64,000 nucleotides of DNA from the NCBI RefSeq assembly GCF_000150275.1, contig NW_002060952.1, forward strand, positions 1,230,452 through 1,294,451, read 5' to 3'. Shown piece after piece: positions 25,207 through 36,779 of this stretch. Position 1 is the first letter of the stretch. Each line of letters begins with the position of its first letter. The DNA comes from Trichoplax adhaerens. Lineage: Eukaryota; Animalia; Placozoa. Position numbers and translations under genes: made by a program. The notes under the pieces are model-generated. The model made no database searches and was not told the origin of the DNA. It saw only the letters and a program-made list of their open reading frames with translations.

Positions 25207-28200
25207 GATTAAAGAATGTTCGGATAATTAAGAAATCGAAATAATTCCCTGTTATACTGTTACTGATTTTTATGAATTCTCTACTTAACTAGATCCCCCA
25301 AAATCAGCGTGGTACGGCTATTTACTTAATTAATCACTGAATTGCCGGTATCCATTAAGATTCATGCTGTAGGCATCAAATAATTTAATGCAAGAGCACT
25401 ATATATTATTTATTGCCCAATTTCGAACGTAAATATTATCAGGTATGGAAATTTGAAATTGTATTGCCGTGATCAAAGATTTAGTATATTCACGCGCTTT
25501 TATCGGTATCTAATTAATAATTAATTTATCATTAATTCAATGTAGTCAACTCATGGATAGGACGCTATTGGATGTAGTTCCTGGCTTAAGAAATCAGAGG
25601 AAACTTTACAACGATATCATTAAAATGGACAATAAATGGCATTAATTAAACATGAGATGGAGGATATCATATAACGTAACGTAATCATCACATTTAATAT
25701 TGGAAACAATAATTATGATAGAGGTGAATAGTAAATTTACTAAGGTTTATGATTGTATGTATTAGATATTCGCGTGTTCTACACGAAATAGCATAAGCAA
25801 TCTATAGATAAAGGTCTATCGGTACTGCATAAATTAGCTCTATTAACTACGGTGCCATTTGCAGCTCTACGTAACGATTTAGACAAGACTGATCAGTATC
25901 ATTATTGTTAGCAGCCAATCAGTTAAGGATTAAATCGTAATATGGGTAAAATTTATATATTTATTAATTAATTAATCGTCAACGCATTAATTGCTTAGTT
26001 CTATGAAAACCTTTTACTCTAGCAGATTTAGATATTTTACTATCATGATTGATATTGATATCAGCGATCAGTCTTTACTTTGATATCCGTAAATGAGAAT
26101 TGACAATTTTAAATTATTGACTCAAGGCCAACTGATAAATTCTAACGCGATAATTTGCAAAGCAATCAAGCTATTATCATATTGAAAGAAATCACTATTC
26201 GCACCTGTTATTTACCGCTGTTAGTTACGATTGAGTTAGCAATAATACAAAGTTTTCTCTTTGTTGCATAATTTATTTGTATGAGTGTCATTAAAATGTA
26301 CATATTCCTGTGATAATAGACGAATATACACTGGAGGTATTTCCAGATACTGTATTTCTGAGGTCTCTGATAATTATAAAACTTTTTCCTTAAGTTTTAC
26401 TGGAGAAGCAATCGAAACTGTCTCCATATGCATAAAGGATAAATTATCGGGCTCTCTTTATTATAAAAATAACTTGCTTTTATATCTTCGATCTCTATTT
26501 GCGTGCAGCTGCAGAGTATATATACAGTACATGGAATTTAATATTAAAAACCTGTTAAAGTATAAGAGGGGTCTCTTTGAGCGCTACTTTAAAAAAACGT
26601 TGGAACACGCATAGAATACGAGTTTAATCACAATCAGGAGACGATCTAACCCACGCGCTCTCTTATAAATTAGGTATCTAACTAATTTTCTTGCCCGATT
26701 ATGAATTAGTTTTACAATTCCAGATTTACTAATAACCTATACGTATAGCATTATTCCACAGCAAGTGCATAAGCTGGTTTCTAACCCTAATGGCAAGCTA
26801 TCGACTGTATAACAATCAATACAATGTATTTATACTTCACGATGATCTAAACCGCAACAATAACAATTCACTTTTCGATTAAATGCATAAGGTGCCGTGT
26901 TACATCGTACATGGAGAGTAACCATTTGTAAACGATAATAAGATGGCGACGGTCTTAATTGGGGGATTAAAACATAAAATTTAAGCTACGAGCGAATACA
27001 TGCTGTTTCATTTTAATTCAAATTTATGTCATTGTGCGATTTAAATGAGTATCGTAGTGATTATGGAGTCATTCTGTGCTTCACTTAACAATAGCTAGTA
27101 GCCTAGGATAAAACATGAATAACAAACACTATCAAAAAGTATATATAAAATTGTAGACATAATATATAATGCGATTATTTCGTAGAATTGAGTGTTTGAC
27201 AACGATTTTACAACACAGAAAAAGGATATCTGAGCTGCTCATATTTTGTATTACAGATAGCAAATCATACGAGATCAAGATTTTGGTAAGTGCTATCCTC
27301 ATAAGATCATGAAAGTATCTTAGAGATCTTTAATCATGGACGGATTACTACTGTATGATATCGCCAGCTCTATGGATATGGTATTAGCATAAAATAGTCA
27401 AACCTGCGATGATAGCGAAACCTTATTACGAACATTTCATTGGCTACATTTATCTGAGCGGGATTGGCAGCCAATTCAGAACACAACAACCAATCATGCT
27501 ACCGAGTACTAAATTAAAATTTGAGATTTAATCTTTTAACTATCAAATATACCAAGTCGAATTAGATATTTTAGTTTAAATTTTATTAGAAAACGTCTAT
27601 CAAATCATGATAGACCCTAGACACGTATGCTCGATGACTATTTTCAGTTATCATTTTTTAAATATCGCATTTCATTTATAGCTTGCATAAAACAAGTTTG
27701 TCGTGCAGTTTAATATAATTGTATCGTGATTAATATCATGATTTAAGGACCGTCATATTCAGTAGTTGGCCAAAAAGTTAACAGATTTAATATTATAAGC
27801 AATCTGAGGAAAACTGCATACATGGTGTTGAGGAAATCATAAAACTAAAAATACGGGCCATGGCTGATCAAAATCCATCTGTAGGGTTGTATACTAACAC
27901 AAATGATTAACCATAGACGGAAGATAAGATTAAATTATTTAAATTGATAACTACTTTTCATTCTATTACTACGAGCATCTCAGAACAGTACTGTCAGTGC
28001 TTCTCTACGTAATTAGACATCATTCGTCGCAAAATCACCACGTGTGGTATGGATATTTAGGTTTCATATACTACTTACAACTTCTTCGTTATTACAAATC
28101 GATATTTACTACTAATGTATTAGAGTAGTATCACATTGTTACTGTATTTACAGTAATATTATTCTAACGTGGACGTATCAAGTCCCTCTCTAATATACTT

Positions 28201-28437
28201 ATAAATAAATACTATAAATAAGGATTTCAATAGAATATTTCTACCCTAAAACAGTCTTGATAAGTGTAGTTCTATTCATTTTCAGCTTGCTTACGTACAT
28301 CAACTGCACGATTCTTTCTAAGACGTGCATTTACAGTTAATCTACTGAATGAGAATGACCATCGCTAACAGTGATTTAAGAATAAAAACCTAGAAGTCTC
28401 AATCGTTGTCATTTCTCGTCGATTTTATCTTTTTTAA

Positions 28438-29886
28438 TTAAAATAATTCCATAATTATAGCTGCCACACCGAGAACTATAACTGCTACTAAAGCGGGTAT
28501 GTTGCCATTAAAAAAGGATGGATTATGAAACGGGTGTTGAATAAAATCTTTCATCATCCACCACGCTTCAGTTGGTCTGTCTCCAGGAACCAGATGACCA
28601 GCACCTTTAACAGTAACAAATTTAACATTGGGATACAAAGTAGCAAAACCTCCTACTTGACGACCATTATTATCGGTGTAATGCCATGGTTGGTAGTTGC
28701 CAATAGTTGGCAAACCAGTGGAACTGATACTTTCTTCGCCTCCTAAGAAGTTGCATACCATATCTAAATCACCAAAATAAAGGAGAATACGACATTTTTG
28801 CGATAGTGACGGAATCAGCTTTACAGCCGATTTATACTGTGTCCGATAAGATAGGCCAGAGCTACACACAGTCCATGGCTGGGCTTGATCAGAAACATGA
28901 AGTGCTTTCTTAACATCATCGCGTCGAAAGTACTTGACAGCCACCGAATTGTTAAAACATGGTGGAGAACCAAATAAGCCATGAGTACTCTTGGTTAACG
29001 TTGTAAATGCAGTGTACTGTCTAATTTGAGACATTGGGTATTGACTGCACTGAGTGTAAAAATTGTATAAATTTAAACCATCAGTGTAAATCGTTTTCAT
29101 AGCGATCTGAATGGTATTTTGACATTTGCTTGAAATATCGCCAATAAATCGACAAATTTCACCTTGACAACAATGCTGCTTTAAATTAGCCCATAATGTC
29201 GGTCCAAGTATTCCGTGGTAATTAGCATATCGGATTAGTGATTGATAATTGATATTATTATCGAGAAGACCGTTACCAATAGCCAAACCGATTAAGTTGA
29301 TGCTGCTATCTTGCACAACACGCCTCGCTAATGTTGGAATATAAACACCAGCATAGCTCTCGCCGGCAATAAAAAATGGGCGATTGGAATAATGTGGAAA
29401 TTTCAGAAAGAAATGCTTTATAGCAGCATAGTTATTCTCGGCTGTAGTATCATCATTAATCTTCATCTTGTCATCTTGGGCATAAGAAAAACCAACGCCG
29501 GCTGGTGTTTCTAGATACAAAATATTAGCAAAAGCATTCCAAGTATGATTGAACGGTCTCCTAGCCACGGTAAGATTATCACGGATAAAGATCGGTCCAT
29601 TCTCGTCGATTAAACCAGCTAATGAACTACATCCTGGACCACCATTCAACCAAAGCATCAATGGATCCTTTGCTGGTGAAGACTGCGATTCCACAAACCA
29701 GTAAAACAGTCGACTGCCGTCATTGCCATTCAAGTAGCCTGAATATTGTTTAAATGGCAATTTTTCCTTCAATCCAGGCATAGAAACGATTTCATCGGCG
29801 GCAAAACATTGAACTTGCACAATCAAATTGAGCAAATACAAGAGTAACACTGTTGTGGCCATCATTCCTAATCGGATCCAAAGCAT
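28438..29886 (-). CDS. Serine carboxypeptidase S10, cathepsin A / lysosomal protective protein-like, intronless CDS
   Basis: 482-aa ORF with a signal peptide, LPG, QYSGYL, WLNGGPGCSS, GESYAG (Ser), GDLD (Asp) and GAGHLVP (His), plus an extra hydrophobic C-terminal tail. Confidence 0.95.
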   Translation of the reverse strand: MLWIRLGMMATTVLLLYLLNLIVQVQCFAADEIVSMPGLKEKLPFKQYSGYLNGNDGSRLFYWFVESQSSPAKDPLMLWLNGGPGCSSLAGLIDENGPIFIRDNLTVARRPFNHTWNAFANILYLETPAGVGFSYAQDDKMKINDDTTAENNYAAIKHFFLKFPHYSNRPFFIAGESYAGVYIPTLARRVVQDSSINLIGLAIGNGLLDNNINYQSLIRYANYHGILGPTLWANLKQHCCQGEICRFIGDISSKCQNTIQIAMKTIYTDGLNLYNFYTQCSQYPMSQIRQYTAFTTLTKSTHGLFGSPPCFNNSVAVKYFRRDDVKKALHVSDQAQPWTVCSSGLSYRTQYKSAVKLIPSLSQKCRILLYFGDLDMVCNFLGGEESISSTGLPTIGNYQPWHYTDNNGRQVGGFATLYPNVKFVTVKGAGHLVPGDRPTEAWWMMKDFIQHPFHNPSFFNGNIPALVAVIVLGVAAIIMELF

Positions 29887-30196
29887 ATTTGCTATCGTTG
29901 ATGATTGGTTTGGATGGCTGTAGTGGATCTTTCTTACTTATTTTGAAAAGATTGGCAACACAGTATTGTAGTCTTGAGGTATACTGTACAGGAAAACCTC
30001 GCTCGATGTTGCTAAATCGTCCTTGAAAGCCTAACTAGACAGCCAATGCCAGTGCGTTGATTTAATTAACCTGAATAAAAAGCAAGAAACAGCAAGGGAT
30101 TCCCGACCACTAAATCCCCTCTACAGTACAGTACAGTAGCCGGCGGTAGACTGGAAGGAAACACTCTTGTACTTTACCGTCCAAATTCCTCCAAAG

Positions 30197-30740
30197 CACT
30201 GTTGACCCCCTTTTCACTCTACTAAGCTCATACTGTACGGTATACAGTACAGTACTACAGTACAGTATAATGGATAGCGGTAATCGATAGATACTTTATA
30301 CTGTACTGTGCTGTCTAGGACAGGGAGGGACTTCTGACGGACATGAAAGCAGATATTAATAAATAATAATTATAATATAATATTAATGAACTGTATTAAA
30401 ACCACTGTTGACTCCCTTTCACTCCACTAAGCTCATACTGTACTGTACTGTCTAGGGCAGGGAGGGACTTCAGACGGATTTGATAGCAGATATAATAATA
30501 ATTAATTATAATATGATATTCATTAACTTAATTAACTCTATTATATTAAAACCACTATTGACTCCCTTTTCACTCCACTAAGCTCATACTGTACGATATA
30601 CTACAGTATAATACAATGGATGGCGGTAATGGATAGATACTGTATACAGTACTGTACTGTGCTGTCTAGGACAGGGAGGGACTTCTGACGGACTTGAAAG
30701 CAGATATTAATAATTATATAATATAATATTTTAATATTCT
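30197..30740. repeat. Three tandem units (~206, ~150 and ~185 bp) upstream of the carboxypeptidase
   Basis: Units start at 30197, 30403 and 30553 with cact(g/a)ttgac(c/t)ccc..cactc.actaagctcatactgtac. Each contains tctagg.cagggagggacttc.gacgga..tga.agcagatat and an AT tract; the internal actgt/acagt tract varies in length. Confidence 0.9.
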
Positions 30741-30781
30741 TTCTTTTGTTGGTCTAAATAATGGTTCTGGCTGGACCAGAC

Positions 30782-30809
30782 TAGAGACCCTTAAGAGAAA
30801 GGGTCTCTA
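30782..30809. repeat. Perfect 11-bp hairpin, candidate Helitron/Helentron-type terminus
   Basis: tagagaccctt-aagaga-aagggtctcta, about 40 bp after the tandem array. Confidence 0.6.
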
Positions 30810-32204
30810 TAGTACAGTAAGCTGACATTATTCATACATTGTATTGATTAGTATTAACGGTCTGTTGGACAATGACGGGTTACCGTTATGTCTGTAATTT
30901 AAGATATGCATGTCGGTTGAGTCATTAAGTGGATGTAATAACAATTCTGCCTGGAATATTAAATGACAGTAGATAAGTTGCGCGTTCAGGCAGGATTTCT
31001 TGCCTAGCTCATAACAAGACATGTATTTTAACTTGCCATAATTTCTTATAGTAATCATGTTAATAAGACGCAATCTGTCATGTTTGTAACGCTTTAAAGG
31101 GTTAACCTCCTTTGATTGGATGTCTGCTGTTCACTTGTTTAATGCTATCTTATTGTTTAAGTCAAAGTATAAATGCTAGTTATTGCTTTTCTTCTTGTTA
31201 TAGATTGCTCGTGAGAACTGCTAAAATAAAGTCGTAACCTAAAGTAAGTTGTACTTTTAGCGACTGTTCTTTCGAGTCTATCTAGGAGGGTAGTTCTAGA
31301 TAGTTTATGCCCCTTAGACAATTGTGACAGGCATCCTTTTAATGCATACTAACGTCTTGTTTTGTCAGAAAGCGCCTACAATACGCAGGCTTATGTGTCC
31401 ACATACACACTGTACGGTTAGTAAAATCAGAAACTCTTATTCACTCTAAGCCTCGTCCAAGACATACACTTTATGCATATATACAATGACGCAGCTAACG
31501 AATGGAACAAAATACGTTAGAACACCCTACCTTAATATATTGTGAATCAGTTAATAACAATTTAGAGATAAAAAAGTACTTGCGGCTATGTTATGTCATT
31601 ATCATGATACTTAGTAGGTAAGATTCAGGACTTAATCCATCTACGGTATATTAACTGCAATGATTGGAGAGCTAATGTCTTGCATATATCACAACCTAAG
31701 TTCATACCTTGTTAGCTCTTAACAGTAGCAAACGCTCAAAGCGAAAACAGAAGTCGGTCATCAAAAGTACGTAGTGTTGATGCTTATTTTATCGTAGTCA
31801 CTACAGGTTTAATTTTATGCACTAAACATTAGCAAACAATTTAGTAATCATTTACTAGTGTAATGCATAGAAGATTGTATCATTGCTTCAGACGTGATTG
31901 CTAATGCAATCTTCACATTCGCATAGTAGCTATATAAAAGTTTTACCATCTATCAATTCTTTTCGGTCACAACATTAAATTCTATACAGTAAGAAACATT
32001 GATATTTTCAGGATTGGCTTATAAGGACTAGCAAGTGACATATGTCGTTAAGTAATGCATTTAGCTGAATAACCGTCTACTTCCATTTAAATATCATATT
32101 AATATTTGCTAGGTGCATCGTAACGTCACAGCCAGATTGACAGTTTGATTATTTAACCTATCAATTCTTATAAGCCCTCGGTAAACTAAGGACGAGATGT
32201 AAGT

Positions 32205-35200
32205 TTAATCAATCTTTACAGTTGAATAAATCTTCCAAACGAAAGCTTGCGTTGACGTAAAGCCAATTGCACCTACCGTAAAATTGCACAAAGTACAAAT
32301 CATTGGAATAATTTCTCACTTAGTGAGACGCATAAGAGACAGTAATCGTTATTATAGTACTTACCACACATCAATCCTAGTCCCAAACTAAAAATTATCA
32401 TGTATCCAAAGTAAAACGTAGTTTGAAAGAAACCATACATCCTGAAAAATTGCAAGGAAACGCGCTTATTCATTACCAACAATATTTAAGCATGGAATAA
32501 GTAATGTTTTATCGGCAAATAACCAAAATTATTAATAAAACCATTTTCTTACTTAGTTTTAAAGAAGAAATAATAAATCGAATAGCTATACACATAAATT
32601 GAAGTCGATGCCGCAGCTAAGAAGCTTGTCCATTGCCTACAGATCAAAAGAATTTCTAATATCAACAGCGGCCCACATACTGTAGTTGAACAGGAAACTT
32701 AACTAGGATCTTATAAAGTTTGCAGAACTAACCATCTATAGTCTTCGGCATTCAATAGAAAATATGTGCACACAATAGTAACACAACTAGTTACCGCGAT
32801 GAGAATTAAAAATACCAGCAACATAAATCCATAAACGTAATAAATTTTATACGCCCAAAAGGATGTAAAAATAAAATACCTAAGTGAAAGTAAGATTGTA
32901 AAGTATCAATGTTTAGATATTATATCAATTATAAGTAATGCAGTATTTAGTGCACGATGATGATGTCAAATAGATAATAGAAATAGAAGACCGTATTTAT
33001 AGATTATGCCTTGATGCATTCAGTAATATAAAATTGTCATACATTTCAATAAAAATCGATCCAAAAGGGAGCACACCACCTAAGAATATTATAATTCCAG
33101 GTTCCATGTACCTGCAAATAGTGTTGCGACCATAATTACATCATCAATTAGCATTGCTGTACTAATCTCTACCCGATCATTTTAAAAAGTTATGTTAAGA
33201 TCGAAAAATACCATTTCTTATCCGGAATTGGTCGAGGAACTACATTCACTCTACAAGGGAAATGAGTTCCGCTGGATACATTACGACCAAGTACTGTTCC
33301 AATCAACGTTAACGGGAGAATAACAAATATACAAATACAAGCAATCGCAACCTATGAATAGCAAAAATGTAAAAGACAATATCTTCAAATTACGTCCTAT
33401 GTTAATGCAAGCGCAATGGAAATAGACATTGATTTAAACTTTACCATTGTCAGGAAAGGTATCGCTCTTGAGGCGTGATAGTAGATTGCAACGAAGTTGA
33501 TCATGAAGGCAATTCCACAAACACAAAATGGGAATAATATTGCAGCTAACAGCATTTGCTTTATCCAATCTTTCCCTAGTACAAAAATATTATTAACGAT
33601 TCTTAATAGTATTATTAAAGTGTATTTTACATAAAACACTAAACTGTAGCATACCTCCTTGTCTAACGTATAAACTGCCACCAAAATAGCCGTTAACAGG
33701 CGACATAACCGCGTAAAAAAATATCGTTGTACTTAGTAGTGATCCCCGCCTGAAAGTGACAACAATTACATCCAATTATTAGATAATTACTAGCATTATG
33801 ATAAAACTTTCGATTTTACTAAAAATGTTAAAACATGACATAAATATAAGCAATAGATCACTTACTCTGTATATAAGTCACCAAATATAGCCACAACTAT
33901 CACACAGAAAGCAACCAGAATTAACTGGTAACCGCAACCGATTATGGACGAGAATAGCATCAAACTACTAACTGGCCGAAAAACATCTCCATGAACCTGC
34001 ACATTAAATTAAAATTAGAATTGTATACGTGCCAAATATGTCTCTTTAACGCTTTACAATCATGTAGTAATTATATACCTGTTTCCACCCATATTCATCG
34101 CCCAAGTCGCGTTCCTGATAGCAATATTGAAGTTTACTTTAGTCATGTATAAAGTAATACTATTTACTATTAGCAGTAGATGACTGAAATATATTAATTG
34201 TTTAAAATTCGGCTGCATAATATCAGTCAACCCAAGCTCGATTACCACCAATAGTGTTACTGCGTGTAGGTACAGATGGTGTTCAAGTATCTAGGAGTTT
34301 TCATCTCCACTATCATAGATAACTAACTCATATCCTTACCATGTCATCAAGATCTTCATCTTTATTGTATCGAGCATAATCCTTACGTAATGTTCGCATA
34401 AGGATCATACTTACTAGCCCAACCAAAAATATAACCATCATAAACGAGTTAAAAATGGAAAACCAATGGATCTATATGATAATTCTTATGGTAAGAAAAT
34501 AGTCTAACACCTCTCTCGAGAATATAACGAACACAATCAAACAATGTCTGATTGGGGCTACTAACTTTATGTTGAAAGAATTTCGGATCAAGGTATTTGT
34601 CAAATCGATCAGCAAATTTAACGTTTGACTTATGCCATTTCACCTGGTAAAAAGTATAGTAATGAATATACACCATATAGGATCACATGTTTATTTATGT
34701 TCTCAATTTGTATCATCAACTATCTCTGCAATAAAGTTTATTTCATACTGTTCTCCAGTAGAGAAGTGTGAGAGGAAAAAAACTGACTTCCCAATACCTC
34801 GTACGTAAAAGGAATTTTCACTCCTTTTTCCAGCTTCACTTTTACATCACTGGTCAAATTTACGTATATAATCTATGAGAAAAGTAATAATACATTAATC
34901 AAAACTCACAGCACCTTACTAACACCAATAAAACTGTAGAATTCCTTACCTGGTTACCATTATACCCAATGTCTAATTTCTTATGAGTCCACATATAGTA
35001 ACCTATCCCTGAATCGTCCACAGAGCCAACAATACCTAACAGATCCGTAATAATGTTCGATAAAATGTTTTAAGCTGTGCTATAAGTTTGATTGCTATAT
35101 AAAACAATGATGAAATTAATGCTGCTAAATTTTTTAAAATAACGATAACAATGCAATCCTCGAAGGCCTTCTTACCCCAAACAGGTAAATCATCTGCAAT

Positions 35201-36779
35201 TAGTAAAAATTTAAAAAGCTAAATTAATGGATATCTTTCAGTACACAGCAACAGTGCAACAATATACAATAAGACAGTAAGGCCCACTGCTGACATAAGA
35301 AATAAAATAGGCAATGCTTATTATTATTAGGCCTACAACATACGAGCTACTTACCTAAATACATCTGATACCAGTAATGATTCTTTATTGCATATGTTAG
35401 CATATTATATCCATCTTCATCTACTTCTGTGTCACAAAATTTAATTTTTTGTACCTCGCCTAGGTAACAGTTACATGGACGAAAGTTTAGCTTGTTTTAT
35501 CATACACGATTCGCATTTAGATGTATCTGCTAAGCTTGTACGCATATTTACGCATATGACTAAAGAGTAATTTTCAGCGTATAGTATATGCGCATCATGT
35601 ACGCAATATACCGCTCATGAGGGATTTCCCCTAAAATATACCGTTCTACGTAAACTCTATTACTGGACATGATAAACAAGTAGGCATACTTTACACTAAT
35701 AAGCTTTAAAATACCAAGCCCGTATCTAAAATTATTCTACGTAAACTCTATTATTGGACATGATAAACAAGTAGGCATCCTTTACACTAATAAACTTTAA
35801 AAATACCAAGCCTGTATCTAAAATTATTGCAGTACATTGTAACGATAATATCAGAGCACATGATTACCATACCTTTGAAATTAATTTCCAGTCCGCTAAA
35901 TTGCAATTCGGTACCCTGCAAGGCTTCGCCTAATGTTTCATGATAGTGGCCAATTGTTGTCTTTTTACCACGACAAAAGGGTAGACTGAAATATTCATAG
36001 GTTTCTTGACGGTTGTGGTAAGGTCCAACGGTATTCATCCACAAAATAACTTCTTCGCCATCTTTGTACTAAAATATTCAATATTATACTGTTACATTTC
36101 AGAATGTTCTACACGATACATACACACATTAATGTATGCTGATAATCTGTTGTCAGATTGGAACATCAAAAACTTAGCCATTGTTGTCAGTTAAGATACT
36201 TTCTTAGTAAATAAGATTCGACAAAGAAAGCTCTAATGATATCATGAGGTCAAAAAAGTCTAGTGCTTGATACATGTACTAAGACAGTCGCTGCAATTAT
36301 CATCAGCAACTACTATCATTTAGAGTACGGCAAAGTATTCCAATTTAACATGCTAATATTCATTGGTAAGCCTACAAATAGTCTATATTCAAAGTAGATA
36401 AAAAGCTGTGTGCACATACATATCTGATATCATGGACTATGGAATGGAAATTCCCAAGAACAACGCTAATTTGTAGAACTAGAGGGTGTACGGTACAGTA
36501 TAATCGATAATAATTTATATAAGAACAATTATAGCTAAAATTGAGCAGACAAATTAATAATAATTTAATAGCAGATTTCAACTATTATACTTTTGCAGGA
36601 AATTAGCACAATCAGCTATACTTTTAGCTAAGAATACACTATCAATTGTACAATTGAATTAAGTACGGGCATAACTTTCCTAACAAATAATTTTGATCGT
36701 GATTCGTTTGCATCACATTCACAAAGCCTAATGCACATTATTGTAAGGACTAGCAAAGACAAGCAACAATTGTCACCAT
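32205..36779 (-). CDS. TM9SF3: Transmembrane 9 superfamily member 3 (nonaspanin), multi-exon
   Basis: Spliced exons read [32 protein letters not shown] (35873-36068), YWYQMYL (35355-35459), DDLPVWG (35176-35193), [36 protein letters not shown]|[20 protein letters not shown], and end ...IYSTVKID* (stop 32205-32207). Junctions are GT-AG. Exon 1 and the start are uncertain (see findings). Confidence 0.93.
35644..35828. repeat. Near-identical ~91-bp tandem duplication in a TM9SF3 intron
   Basis: ttctacgtaaactctatta.tggacatgataaacaagtaggcat.ctttacactaataa.ctttaaaa..taccaagcc.gtatctaaaattatt begins at 35644 and at 35735. Confidence 0.9.

Noticed and set aside
26285-26614. 109-aa ORF and other short ORFs (6982, 8645, 11453, 15804, 37541, 59891, 62549)
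   Set aside because: Many have non-ATG starts and none has a recognisable domain; these are consistent with chance in AT-rich DNA. ORFs at 9396 and 28525 are antisense to real genes.
30197-30740. CRISPR-like appearance (conserved blocks with variable intervals), also at 48655-48973
   Set aside because: The intervals are homologous or low-complexity rather than unique spacers, the context is eukaryotic, and there are no cas genes.
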